Assembly (NCBI GenBank): GCA_028534125.1
Contig: CM052816.1
Coordinates: 97,652,001 to 97,716,000 of the forward strand
DNA from: Lama glama
Lineage: Eukaryota
Direction of reading: 5' to 3'
DNA: 64,000 nucleotides
Made by a program: the position numbers and the translations under genes. Positions 13,040-24,614 of the stretch are shown in pieces. Position 1 is the first letter of the stretch, and each line of letters begins with the position of its first letter. Under the pieces are notes generated by a model, which searched no databases, was not told the DNA's origin, and saw nothing but the letters and a program-made list of their open reading frames with translations.

Positions 13040-13475
13040 CTCACCTAATCCTGGGGTGATTATATGTCCCCGCCCTGTTGAGCTAGGTGTGGGCATAGGA
13101 TTCTATCCAGCCAGTGGGAAGGGAACGGGAATATCATGAGTCACTCTACAGTGGAAAATTCAGGAGCCGAAGTGAGGTTCGCCATGCCCTCCTTTCCTTA
13201 TTCCTGTGATTATACGAGCGTATGTCAAAATGGAACCTGTCGGTCTGAGTACTTGAGTGGCTGTGATATACAGAGCCTTACTGTTGACCAGTTTGGACAC
13301 AGATAGGGAATATTTTTGCAGCAGCAAGAATGAATGTGGGGGAGGTGGTATAGCCCAGTGGTAGAGCACGTCCTTAGCATGCATAAGGTCCTAGGTTCAA
13401 TCCCCAGTACCTCTATTAAAAAAAAAAAAAGGAATAAATGTTGGGTTAAGAAGGCTAGACATGCTTGTGGTTTGG
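13040..13475 (+). mobile_element. Old MaLR LTR (MLT1I/J-like), interrupted by a SINE
   Basis: gagctaggtgtgggcataggattctatccagccagtggg...gaataaatgttgggttaag pattern; the sequence resumes after the SINE. Confidence 0.6.
13338..13430 (+). mobile_element. tRNA-derived SINE (Vic-1-like) with poly(A)
   Basis: A-box tagcccagtgg, B-box ggttcaatcc, A13 tail; diverged TSD aagaatgaatgt / aggaataaatgt. Confidence 0.9.
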
Positions 13476-13489
13476 CCAAAAGCAGTAAT

Positions 13490-14080
13490 AGGGACAGGAA
13501 AAACAGTTGTATTTGAGAGATATTTAGAAGAAATAATCAGCTAAGTTTGGAAACTGAGTGATGATGTGGAACTATGAACTGAAAGGCATTAGGATGTTTG
13601 TGAAGCTTAGGGAAAGATGATGCTACTTGATCACATTTAGACTGAGATGCCACTGAGGTACCCAGGTAGAGTCGTTTCAGGTGTGGCTATGCAGCATAGT
13701 GGAGCTTACAATGGAAGGTCTCTAGAGACATAACATGGACAGCCATCAATACATAGATGCTAATGAAGCTGCTGGAATGGATGAGCTCACTCAGGGAGAC
13801 AGCATGATTGTTTGGAAGAGGAAGAGATAATGGCAAAGCAGAATGAGAAGCGATCAGATGGGAAAGAAGGAAATCAACAGGACATTTTTTAGGAGAAGGG
13901 AAAGGACAACAGAATCAAATGATCGGGAGTGTTCAAGAAAGCCAAGGGCTGAGAATGTCCATCAGAGTTTCTGGTATGGAGGCTGCCAATGATTTTATAA
14001 AGAGAAGTTTTGGTGGAGCAGTAGTGGGAAAATTCAGAATGTTGTGGATTCAAGAATGAATAGAGGGTGGACTGGAAAAC
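13490..14080 (-). mobile_element. L2 fragment
   Basis: Purine-rich sequence typical of antisense L2 (tttgagagatatttagaag...gaatggatgagctcactcagggagac...gtggattcaagaatgaatagg-like). Confidence 0.6.
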
Positions 14081-14109
14081 TTGGAGCAATGCTTCTACTG
14101 AGGACAACA

Positions 14110-15720
14110 ACGAGGCCTGGACATGATCTAAAAAGTCTGCTGGAAGGTATTAGAGAGCTAGTAACGTTGTGATATCTTCAGAAATTAGATCCAAGAGAGG
14201 AAAACTTGGGGCACAATTTCGCTTAATGGCATCTTCCAAATTCTGGAAAGTATAGAAAAAAAAAGAACTAAAAATATGAGCAGTACTTCTGACAGACTAA
14301 TAGGACTATGGGGAAAAATGATCCTACAAATAGTGGGAGAAGGTCCTGCCAAGCTACCCAATATTTAAGCCATGATGCTTATGAGACATGCTGTCAGGTA
14401 AAAGTGAGCTTTTAAAAAAGCAATAAATTAGCCTTAGCAATTACCAAAGTGAATCATTTCAGACCCTGAGATTGGATTAAGATGATACCAAAATCTTGTT
14501 CCAACATCTGTCAAAAGCAAAATTCAATTTAAAAATTAAATATTCTCTGGAGGACAGAACCATTATTCTAGGCCTCAAGGGTTTTTATACAGTTCTGTAC
14601 ACAATGCCTTGCTCTCAACCAAAAATGACCAGCACACAATCAGACAAATAGCATGAATTAAATGAAGGAAAAAGCCTAACAAGCAATAGAAACAGACCTG
14701 CATTTTCAAAGATATAAAACAGAAAAATGAAAAAAATAGATATATAAATTAAATGACTAAAATTAAGCATTTATTAGATCAATCATCAATGATGAGACAC
14801 AACGGAATAGAAAACAAGTGAACTGAAAGATGGGACAGAAAAAAATCCACCATGAAGCACCGAATAAAAAGAAGGAATAGAAAAAAAAAAGAAGGGTAAG
14901 TGAAAATATTTATAACTGCCCCAGAGAGAGGAGATTTAATACAAAGTAGAAACAATGCTCAAGGAGAAAATGGATGAAAATTTTCAAAAATTAATAAAGA
15001 TTTGGAGACACGAATTGAAAAAGTCCTTGATTTGTCAAGCCAGACAAATAAAAAGGAAGCACAAATTCCAGAATAAATTTAAAGAAACTCATACATGAAA
15101 AGAAAATATGAAAATGTGCCAGAAAAAGATTTGTCTTCAAAGAAGCAGCAGTAAGTCTTGGAGCTCACTTCATAACAGGAACAAAGGAAAACAGAAGAAA
15201 ATGCAATGATGTGTTCATAATGTGAAAAGAAAAATAAAACAACAAAATAGGGGGGCTGGATATAGCTCCCTGATGGAACGCATGCTTAGCATGCATGAGG
15301 TCCTGGGTCCAATCCCCAGTCCCTCCACTTAAAAAAAAAAACAAACCCCCACCAACAAACTGGAAGTGTACATCCAAAAAAATACATTTCTTCCACTTTG
15401 AAGTATATAATTCAGACAACAGCAACAAACATTTTGAAATTGAATAATTACTAACAGAACTACAAGACAGGAAATATACTAGCATGCCTTCAGGTAGAAG
15501 AAAAATTATTTCACTTGAAAGGTAAAGATGCAGGAAAAAATAGAAATGAAAATTAATTAAAAAACGTATAAATACCTGGGTAAATCTGAAGAAATATTGA
15601 ATAATAAAAATAATATTGATAACATTTACGAGTTTAAATATGACTAATTAAAACACAAAAGGCAATGAAATTGAAGTTATGAGAAGGTGAAATTAAGATG
15701 AAACGGTCCTTGCATCATTA
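14110..15720 (+). mobile_element. Old L1M 5'/ORF1-region fragments (highly decayed), with a SINE inserted
   Basis: A-rich sequence with ORF1-like remnants (aaaacaagtgaactgaaaga; aaaatggatgaaaattttcaaaaattaataaaga); no open frame. Confidence 0.6.
15250..15345 (+). mobile_element. tRNA-derived SINE (Vic-1-like)
   Basis: ggggggctggatatagctccctgatggaacgcatgcttagcatgcatgaggtcctgggtccaatccccagtccctcc followed by poly(A). Confidence 0.85.
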
Positions 15721-16229
15721 AGTAAGAGGGTGAAGCGTCAAAGAACATCAGACATTAATGATTCAGGGTCGAAGTCTGCAATCTCTAAGGAAACCACCAC
15801 AAAAAGACTGAGACGATACATATTTCTAAATGTACAGGGGGACATGTAAAACCTAAGAAGCACCCACAAAGCAGCAATAACGCGCTCCTGATAATCAGAA
15901 TTCTGTACCCAAAAAAGTGCTAATGATGAGTCTCCTTCCAATTATTTTTAACAGGAAAATTGTGGTGCATGACACCTTCATCAAACCCCCTAATCAATGC
16001 CTTAAAGTGTAGCTAAGACACAGTGAAACAGACATACATAAAATTCACCTCCCCTTATCACGAAACAATACTGGTGTGCTTGAATTCCGTAACACAATTT
16101 CTCTCGTGGCCAGCTACACAGCAGGTGTACATCTTTGTTCACAAATGGCTTGCTTTTCAAGAAGTTCACACACACACACACAAACACTATTATTATGCTC
16201 CACCAATTTCACAAAACAATTTTATATAA

Positions 16230-17890
16230 CAACTGTATTGAGATATAATTTATATTTTCTTCTGAGTTTTCTAGTTTTAGCTCTTACAGTTAATGCTTGC
16301 ATATGGTGTGAAGTACCTGTCCAGCTTCATTCTTTGACATGTGGACATGCTGTTGTTCCAACAGCATTTGTTGAAAAGACTATTCTTTCCCATTGGATGG
16401 TCTTGATACATTCATGAAAAATCAGTTTACTATGAATATGAAGATTTGTTTATGACCAGTCTGGTCCATCCCATCCTTCTGTATGTCAATATGTCAGTCT
16501 TGCTCCAGCACCACACTGTCTTGATTACTGCAGTTTTGCAGCACATTTTGAAATCAGTAAGAGTCAATTTTTCAAGTGTTTCATGTGTAGTTAGCTCAAT
16601 AAGATTTTTTTTAAAGAAGCGTCAGTCTTCCAAATTTATTCTTATTTTTCAAGATTGTTTAGGCTATTTTGAGTCCCATGAATTTTTATATGAATTTTAG
16701 TTCAAGTGTTCCAAGCTTTGTAAAGAATTAGACTTGAACTCTGATAGGAATTGCATTGGCTCTGAACATGAATTTGAAGGGTACTGTCATCTTAATAATG
16801 CGGTCTTCCAATACACAAATATAGATGTGTTTTTATCTATACAGTACTTTAATTTCTCTCAACCGTGATTTGTAGCTTTTGGAGTCCTGGCTTTGCACTC
16901 CCCTTTGTTAAACCTATCCTTAAGTATTTTATTATTATTTATGATATTGTAAGTGAGATTTCCTTGATTTTGTTTTTAAACTGCTCATTTGCAGTGTATA
17001 GAAATGCGTGTGGTTTTGCATGTTTATCTGGTGCCTTGAAACCTTGCAGAGCTCATTTGTTTGTTATGATTGTATTTTAGTGGATTCCTTCGGATTTTCT
17101 ATGTACTATATCATGTAATCTATGGATGGAGATCATTTTACTTTTTCCTTTCCAGCCTTTTAAAAAATTTGTTTGTGCTTTTTTTTTTTCCTTAATTGTT
17201 CTGGCTGGAGTCTCCACTACAATGTTAAATAGAAGTGATGAGAACAGACACCCTTGTCTTATTCCTGATTGTGGGGGAAAAAACTCAGTCTTCTGCCACT
17301 AAGTACTACTCTATCTGTGGGCTTTTAGTTATCAGATTGAGGAAGTTATCTTTTATTCCTAGATCCTTTAGGTTTTTATCATAGAGGCATATCAGGTTTT
17401 TTCAAATGCTTTTTCTGTGTATATTGAGATAATGTCATGGTGTTTATTTTTAAGTCTATTGATGATATTCATTGACTTTCAGGTGTTAATTCCTGAGGTT
17501 AATATCACCTGATCATGCTGCTTAATTACTTTTATATGTTACAGGACTCTGCTAGTATTTTGTGAAGGATTTTTACCTCTATATTTATAAGAGATATTAG
17601 TCTGTAGTTTTCTTTTCTTATGATGTCATGGTCTCTTTATAACATCAAGGTGAAACCGGTCTCATAAAAAGGAGTTGGGAAGTATTCCAGCCTCTTCTAT
17701 TTGTTGGAAGATTTTGTAACAATTGGCTTTAATTCTTCTTTATATGTGTGATTGGATTCACCAGTGAAGCCATCTGGGCCTGGACGTTTTCATGTAGAAA
17801 GTTTTAAATGACTAATTCAATCCCTTTACTTGTTATTGGTCTATTTAGACTTTCTGATTGTTCCTCTGTGTTAGATATAAGCAGTTTTAA
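16230..17890 (-). mobile_element. L1 ORF2 fragment (old L1M)
   Basis: The minus frame gives EEQSESLNRPITSKGIELVI (L1 ORF2 EEIENLNRPITSKEIE motif) and continues through decayed RT-region sequence. Confidence 0.9.
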
Positions 17891-17895
17891 ATATA

Positions 17896-18326
17896 CAGAT
17901 ATCCCCTGCTTTCCAAAAGTTTGCTTTACACCATTTTGCTTTTGTGAAAGATTTACATTAGTGCCCATTTTTGCTAACTGAAAGAAATCCAAAGATTTTT
18001 CACTTTTAGGAAAACAGCAAAAGGCGAAAATAGTACCAGTGTTGGTTTTGTGTTGGTTTCGTAGCGAGCTGTGAGAGAAGCAGTGCGCATCCTGAGAAAC
18101 AGGCGGGGCTCCGCCAAGCTCCTTCCCTGGGACCTGCACACAAGGTCTCAGCCTCACGCTGCCGTAGCTCTGAACTGTGTCTGTGTGCATGTGCTGAGTG
18201 TCCATTTATTTTGTGCATCCCTTAGAAGAAAGTGTCCTAAGGTAATTGCTTCTTCTCTTTATAACATTTTGATTTATGAAAGGTTTCATAGGAACACTCC
18301 ACTTAAAAATAGCAGGGGTAGTAGAA

Positions 18327-18331
<5 letters not shown>
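17896..18331. mobile_element. Non-autonomous TcMar-Tigger-type DNA transposon (MITE-like, ~436 bp)
   Basis: Left end TA|cagatatcccctgct; right end agcaggggta(gtag)aaacctg, giving imperfect terminal inverted repeats starting CAG after TA. Confidence 0.75.

Positions 18332-18377
<46 letters not shown>
18330..18377. repeat. (TG)24 microsatellite
   Basis: Perfect dinucleotide run read directly. Confidence 0.98.
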
Positions 18378-18381
<4 letters not shown>

Positions 18382-18399
18382 GTGCGCGCATTAACTACA

Positions 18400-19070
18400 T
18401 GATGCAATGCCCAGGAATAAATCTAACAAAACGTATGCATGACTTCTTTGCAGAAAATACTATTTTAAAAATTACAGAACACATAGTGACTTGAAAGAAT
18501 ATTCCATGTTTATCAATGATAAAATTAACATTTTTAAAGTGAACATTGCCCCCCAGTTGACCTGTAAGTCAACAACACAGTTCCAATAAAAGTAACAATG
18601 TGGTTTTGTGTGCATGTGTGACAACCAGTTGAAAACACATGTATATATTCTACATTTCAGCCATTCTACTCCTGTGAAACGTAAGTCCTTGAAACCAAGA
18701 GACATCAACCGATCAGTTACAGCAGTAGCAGCTGTGAGCCCCAAACTGGAAACAACCCAAATGCCCTTCAATGAGGCATTGGATAAATTAGATTATGATC
18801 TATTCTTACAGTGTTTAGCAGTGTGAACCAGATACAGGTTGCATATTGTGTGGTTTCGTTTACATAAAGTCCAAAAATAGATAAAACTAGAAGCCAGGGT
18901 AGTAATTAACTTTGAAGGGAGGGAGCATTGAGAAGGGGTCCAAGTGGTTACCTGTGATGCTGACGAAACTGCATGTTATAATCCGAGTGGTAATTGTATG
19001 GGTATTTGTTTTTTGATAATTTATTAAGCGGACCGTAACTCTTTGATGCAGTTTTGTTCATGTATACAGA
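18400..19070 (+). mobile_element. Old L1 (L1ME-like) ORF2 end and 3'UTR fragments
   Basis: ccaggaataaatctaacaaaa, gccccaaactggaaacaacccaaatgccc and tacataaagtccaaaaatagataaaacta motifs. Confidence 0.75.
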
Positions 19071-21774
19071 ATGGAGTCTGAGAGAGCAGAGGAAGTAGCT
19101 CCTTCGGTCGTTCATCCAGCAAACACTCACTGAGCACAATTTGTACGACAACGGCTGAGTCTGTACATAACACAGACTCCACTGTGCTCTCGTGGGGATC
19201 ACAGAGGCTGATCTGGGCAGGGATGGAGGAAGCGGAAAGGCAGGACGGGGATGTATTTCTTTAAGGTGGGAAAACTGGGAAATGTTTACACACCTTTGGG
19301 GAGGAGCCAGTAGCCTGGGCTGAGTAGGCACCGCCTCAGATGTAAAGCCTTGAAATGAGCACGAAACACTCCATGTACACACCCAACTATTATTTTTAAG
19401 TGGCCTAAAGCTTCCCAGACAAAATGTTTTAATTTGTCATTTCAAAGAAGAAGGAGAAGGAAGAGGACAAAGAGAAAGAAATGCCAGACTTGCCACCCTG
19501 GGATCTGGCATGTTGCTGTGTTCCATAACCCACCATGCGAAAGCCCAGAAACCCAAAGTTATTTTACCAGAGACAGAAAACTGTGCCCCACTTACCGCCC
19601 CCAGACAATGTGGGTTTAAATCAATCACGGTGTGAAGTCCAACAGCTCCGTGCCCTTCCTCTTGTATTTTGATTGTAAGAAGGAAGGAAATGTGTATATT
19701 TGAAGACCTCCACATGGCACACCTTCAGTTTCTCTCAGTTTCTTCTTAGCAGGGCTAGAATGAGATTCAACTTTCTAGACAAATGGATGGTTTGGTCCGT
19801 TTTGCGCTAATATTCTTTAAGGACAGACAAACATACGAGCAATAGTGTTGTGAATGTTGATCTGGGGCTGAGCACCATATGGAGAAAAAGAGGGAACACC
19901 AGGGGCAGGGCTCACCTGGTCTTCTGATATTCTCATCCCCATGGCAACCGAGTGATGCTCAGGGCCAGACCATCTAGTCATGTCACCCCTGCAGTTCTCA
20001 TGGTGGTCCCAGCCACCACCTCCACAGCTTATTAAAATATTCCTTTCATTTGCTTCTAATACTCTCTGAGAAGGGTAAAGTGATTCCTTGTGCTGTTATA
20101 TTCATGGGACATTTCAAAACCCTAGTGGAAGTTCAGCTCCCTTATGTTATCTCCATAGGCCTTAACAGCTGTCCGCTCAACCAATATTGAGCCTGTGTGT
20201 AAGTCATGATCTGAGGGTCTGTGAATAAGTCCTGCAGATACTGTGACCCACACTGCTCCTGTCCACGTCTGATAGTCCACACGTGCCTTAGGATATCAAG
20301 TATTAAATGCCTTTGTTAAAACACATGTGTATTATTTAAAATGAAGCATACATGTAAGGGTGACCAGTCATAAAGATGGTATCCCAATTAATATTTTGAT
20401 TAGCTAGTCCATCAACAAACATCTGAACACTTACCACCAGCCCAAAGAGACTTGAACATAAGTCAGATATATTTTTAAAGGGACAAGGAAGAGTGGTGTG
20501 GGGGACAACTTGTCAACAGGTTCTGGGGAGCCAGGAGTCCACATGACAACAGTAGAAATAATGTGGACTGGTTAGGGGGAAGTAGGGGTGACAGGTGCAG
20601 GAAGTGGGGGAAATTAAAACCTGGATGAGTGTGGGTCACAGTTCTGGGGGGCTGAGTCCACGCAGGGCTAGCTGTTAACTACTAATAGCTTTGCAGGTCC
20701 AAAACAGATAATCAAGTTGAGTGCATTTCATTTTTCAAAATTAAGTATTTATTTAGCGCCCACTCCCCTTTCTGCACGTTCTTCACACTGCAACCATAAC
20801 ATAACAGTTTTGGAATGAAAAGCAATTAACTTGAGTTTAGTGCCATGGATTTGAGATTGGATTTATGAGGACAACTAAGGTTTGTTTTTTTCTTTTTAGT
20901 AAGCGTTAAAGGGCTATGAAAGCATAATAATTCTAGGGTGCGATCTTTCACAATTAGGTCACAGCTTCTATTTTTCAGGGGAACATTTCAGCTCTCCACA
21001 TTGGCTCTTTTCCAGTTAAATAAGGCCGCCTGTCTGGTCCGCACTTGCGGCGGGGCTGGCGGGGTCGAGCTCCCTTCTCTCGCGGTATCACACATCGGGA
21101 AACAAGTACAAACTGGGCTCTTCCCTGCGGCGTCCTCGGACAGCGGTCCATGCCCTTCCCACTGTTCCTAAGGTGTCCTCAGACAAGGCAGGTCTAAGAC
21201 GTCCTGTGGCAAACTAGGGTTCACTCAGCCGTGAACGTGTAAGTCCAATCAGAGAAAACAATCTGTGTCCACCTACTTTTTCCCAGTGAGAGATACTAAG
21301 TGTTTATCTCTCCGATCATGTTCTTGGAGAGGACTCTGGGGAGGGGTTCCTAGTGCCTTCCCCCTCCTCGCCCCCATCCCCACCCCTACCTCCACCAGGG
21401 GAATTTTTCTTATGGCTCCTGAGCTGCATGCAGACCCAGCCTATGAAGACCGGAAAATAAATCAGCCCCTCGTGATTCCAAGGGCCATCTGGAAGGCACT
21501 GGCCATCTGGCCTCTCAGCCCAGTGGCCCAGGCCAGACAGGATGGGACAGCCGAAGGGCTGGCAGTGCCCCGTACAAGGCTCTCAGATCTGCCTAGGGAC
21601 CGGCTGGTTCTCCTCCTGAACTTCCATTTCTGCAGGCGCTGCCCTGTCCAGCCTGGGTGGGGAGGGGGCCACTGGGACCTGCTGTCAGTGGCAAACAGGA
21701 AGACTCTGCCTGCTGCCACGCACATCTCTAACACTCCTGGGGGGAAAACTGGCATCTCAGGATCACAGACTGTA

Positions 21775-21840
21775 TGATGGGCGGGCCACTGAGCTATTCC
21801 GGCCCAATGGGAGGTTTCCCTTTAGTAGGCGGGTCTATCC
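21775..21840. promoter_or_regulatory. Putative TATA-less promoter/enhancer core (two GC boxes, CCAAT, ETS)
   Basis: GGGCGGG 21779-21785, TTCCGG 21797-21802, CCAAT 21804-21808 and AGGCGGG 21827-21833 within 55 bp in a repeat-poor region; motif evidence only. Confidence 0.4.
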
Positions 21841-22014
21841 TCCCAGGGAGCGTGCAGTCAGCTCCCGGTCCCACCCTAGGGTACCAGGCTTGCCCTCGCG
21901 CCCTCTTTACTCCAAAGACTACGGCAGACCCTCCCAATTCCAAATGCGTTCCCATTCCTTTTATTCTCCCTTCTCTCAAAGAAAGGAGACAGTGTTGCTA
22001 ATGGTAAAAGAAAA

Positions 22015-22097
22015 GCACACACACGTGCGTGCACATATATGGGCACAGACATTACACACGCACGTGCGTGCACATATATGCATACACACGTACACAC
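22015..22097. repeat. Alternating purine-pyrimidine tract with a duplicated 20-mer
   Basis: cacgtgcgtgcacatatatg is identical at 22022-22041 and 22061-22080; R/Y alternation is uninterrupted over 22053-22097. Confidence 0.9.
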
Positions 22098-24614
22098 CCC
22101 TTGTTGAGAAGAGGAAGGAGAAGGAGCCAAAGAAGAAAAGAGAGACAAAGAGCTTGCACTGGATGGGCCGGGAGAGGAGTGCTGTCAGCTGCAAGGAACA
22201 GAAGTCTGGGTGTCAGCGGCTTAGAAGAGTCAGAGTATATGTTCCTCCCCTAATAAGGAACCTGGATGTGGCTAACGGCTGGTGGTAGTTGAGGAGCTCC
22301 TAGTGTTAAGGGCACCCTGTGTGGCAGGAATGGCTGCCACAGCTCCTGGGTCGGTTGCAGAACTGCCACATTCAAAGCACAAGAACTTGGGGGAAGGGCC
22401 AACCCCAGCTGTGCCCTTTTCAGAGCTTCCCTTCTATTTCCTTTCCATAGATCCTCGGCAAGACCTTCAGCATGACCTGGAGTTGGGTCCCTCCCAGCCA
22501 CCAAGGATGGAAAGAAAGTGTCTCACCTGGGCTGGGCAAATTCAGGTGGTGCTGACCAGGAAGGACAGGCAACAGGTAACCCTGGTGAGCACTCCTGCTA
22601 CTCCTGCCCTGCTCCGCACCTCCCCAGCTCCTCCTCAGCTGCCCCACTCGCCCCAGGGCTGTGGAGCTCCAGATTCCTTCAGCTGTGTGGTACATGGGCT
22701 TGTCTGTATTGACCTTGCAACCAACCGAATCATTATGCGTAAGAGAAACTCGAATTTGAACTTCCAGAGTACAACCCATTTGCACATTGTGGGATGTCTG
22801 CCTTTCGGTTATGGGACAAGAGTCCAGAGTCTATTTGCAAAGAAGCAAATGCATTTCTCTGTTATAAATATTTCTCCATAATTAAGAATCTGTATCTTTT
22901 GTGAATGTACTAATATTAATTTTCCCCTGATTGTGCAAAGGTTACCAACAGTCATTGTAGAAAGTAAGTTAGTAATAAGGAAAAAAAATAAAACTAAGAA
23001 CATATAAAACTGAATTATTAAGAAAAAAGACAAGTTACTCAAATAGGTTTACTGATTTGAAAAATATAAACTATTTTTAACCTTTTGACTGTCTTGGATT
23101 TTTAAAGCACTTTTATGAATTCTCTTAGTTAAGAAATTGTCAATATTAAAACTGATTTCTTAAAATAGGAGAACTCTATTTAATGGCTCTGAATTATAAA
23201 CTTGTAGATTGTCTTCATTAGCAAAAGGAAAATCACTGAACCAGAAAAAGGAGTACTGGTCATTTTTAATTCTATTCATTTCTTTATGAAATTGGAAAAG
23301 TAAAAAATAGATAAAACTTCCCTATACAGCTTTTTCCTCCAAAGACATGTTTCCCAAGAAAGGACAATTCAAATGACAGCAAATGGCTCTATTTTTGTAA
23401 CTTTCATGTGTTGCAAGCCTTCACTTTATGTGATGGTTGTGTCAGTGGTCCCCATTTCTCTGTGTAGTTAATCAACAGCTAAATCATAATCAAGAGAGCT
23501 TTATATTCAGCAATGCAACTCACAAAGATGTCTGAGACGTACCACACAATTTAAAGGGTTCATTTCCTGTGGACTGACTCATTTGCCTCCCAGTCTTCCA
23601 CCATATAATGTAGGTACATGTGGTAAATGGGTTTACTAGAGTGTTCTCAAAGCCTAAATTACACTATTCATATAGACTACATTTATAATAGCATGTCTTT
23701 TTCAGTTTCACTCCCTGATGAAAAGCTGTTTAGTTACAGCCAGGAGAACAAACAAAGTCATTAAAGGAAGGTCTCTATGGAGATATCAAGTATATATGAG
23801 TACCCATTTACTCCTGGCAACCTAATATGTCTTATTAGTTAGTCATTACATTCAACTTTAGAATTATTTTAACATAAATCATATTTACCATATAGCCTAA
23901 ACATAATTATGTTCTCTAACTATGTTGTCCAAAGGACGTTAATCACAGTGAGAGCATTAACAGTAATAATGTTAGTAATAACAAAAACAATAGAAATACG
24001 AAGGAATGCAATGGGTTCTTCACTATGAAACTTTATATGATTAGTACTTGATAGGATAATTTTGCAATCTAGAAGTTTTCACATCCTTGACCTATTAAAA
24101 TTTTAAATATGTGATTATATTCATAAATTATTACATCTCTATTTTTCGTTAATGGAAGAAATCATGTTTGTGGCAATTGTTATTTTTTACTTGAATAAAG
24201 CATACATAAGTATGAAAATGGGAAGCAAAAAAAAAAAGGCTGATCAAAATAACCTTTATCCTAGCACTCTATGATTCCTATATGACACTTGATCACATGA
24301 GGCTTATTCTCCCATCCATAATGTGGGGATACTAATACCTTCTTCACGTACTTGTTGGATAATAAAATGAGATAGTGCAGAAAAAATATTATGTGAAGTT
24401 CTTCATATTCAGGGTAGACACCTCTTAGCAGAAGTAGACACTTTGGTTGAATCCAGTGAAGAGTTACTAGAAATTTTCATTTTCTTCTTTATGAGTTTTT
24501 TATACATATTACTTTTATAATCATAAAAAGTTGATACTTCCACTTTGAAATACACATTCACATGCAAACACACAAAAAGAATTACAATTGTTGTTTTCTG
24601 TATTAAAAGTTCCA

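Noticed and set aside
13338..13430. Possible tRNA genes (also 7230-7305 and 15250-15330)
   Set aside because: Poly(A) tails, a TSD, mutated stems and multiple diverged copies indicate SINEs.
22282..22881. Longest gap-free ORF (199 aa, + strand) as a single-exon gene
   Set aside because: Non-ATG start, no recognisable domain, and overlapping ORFs on both strands; consistent with chance in GC-richer sequence.
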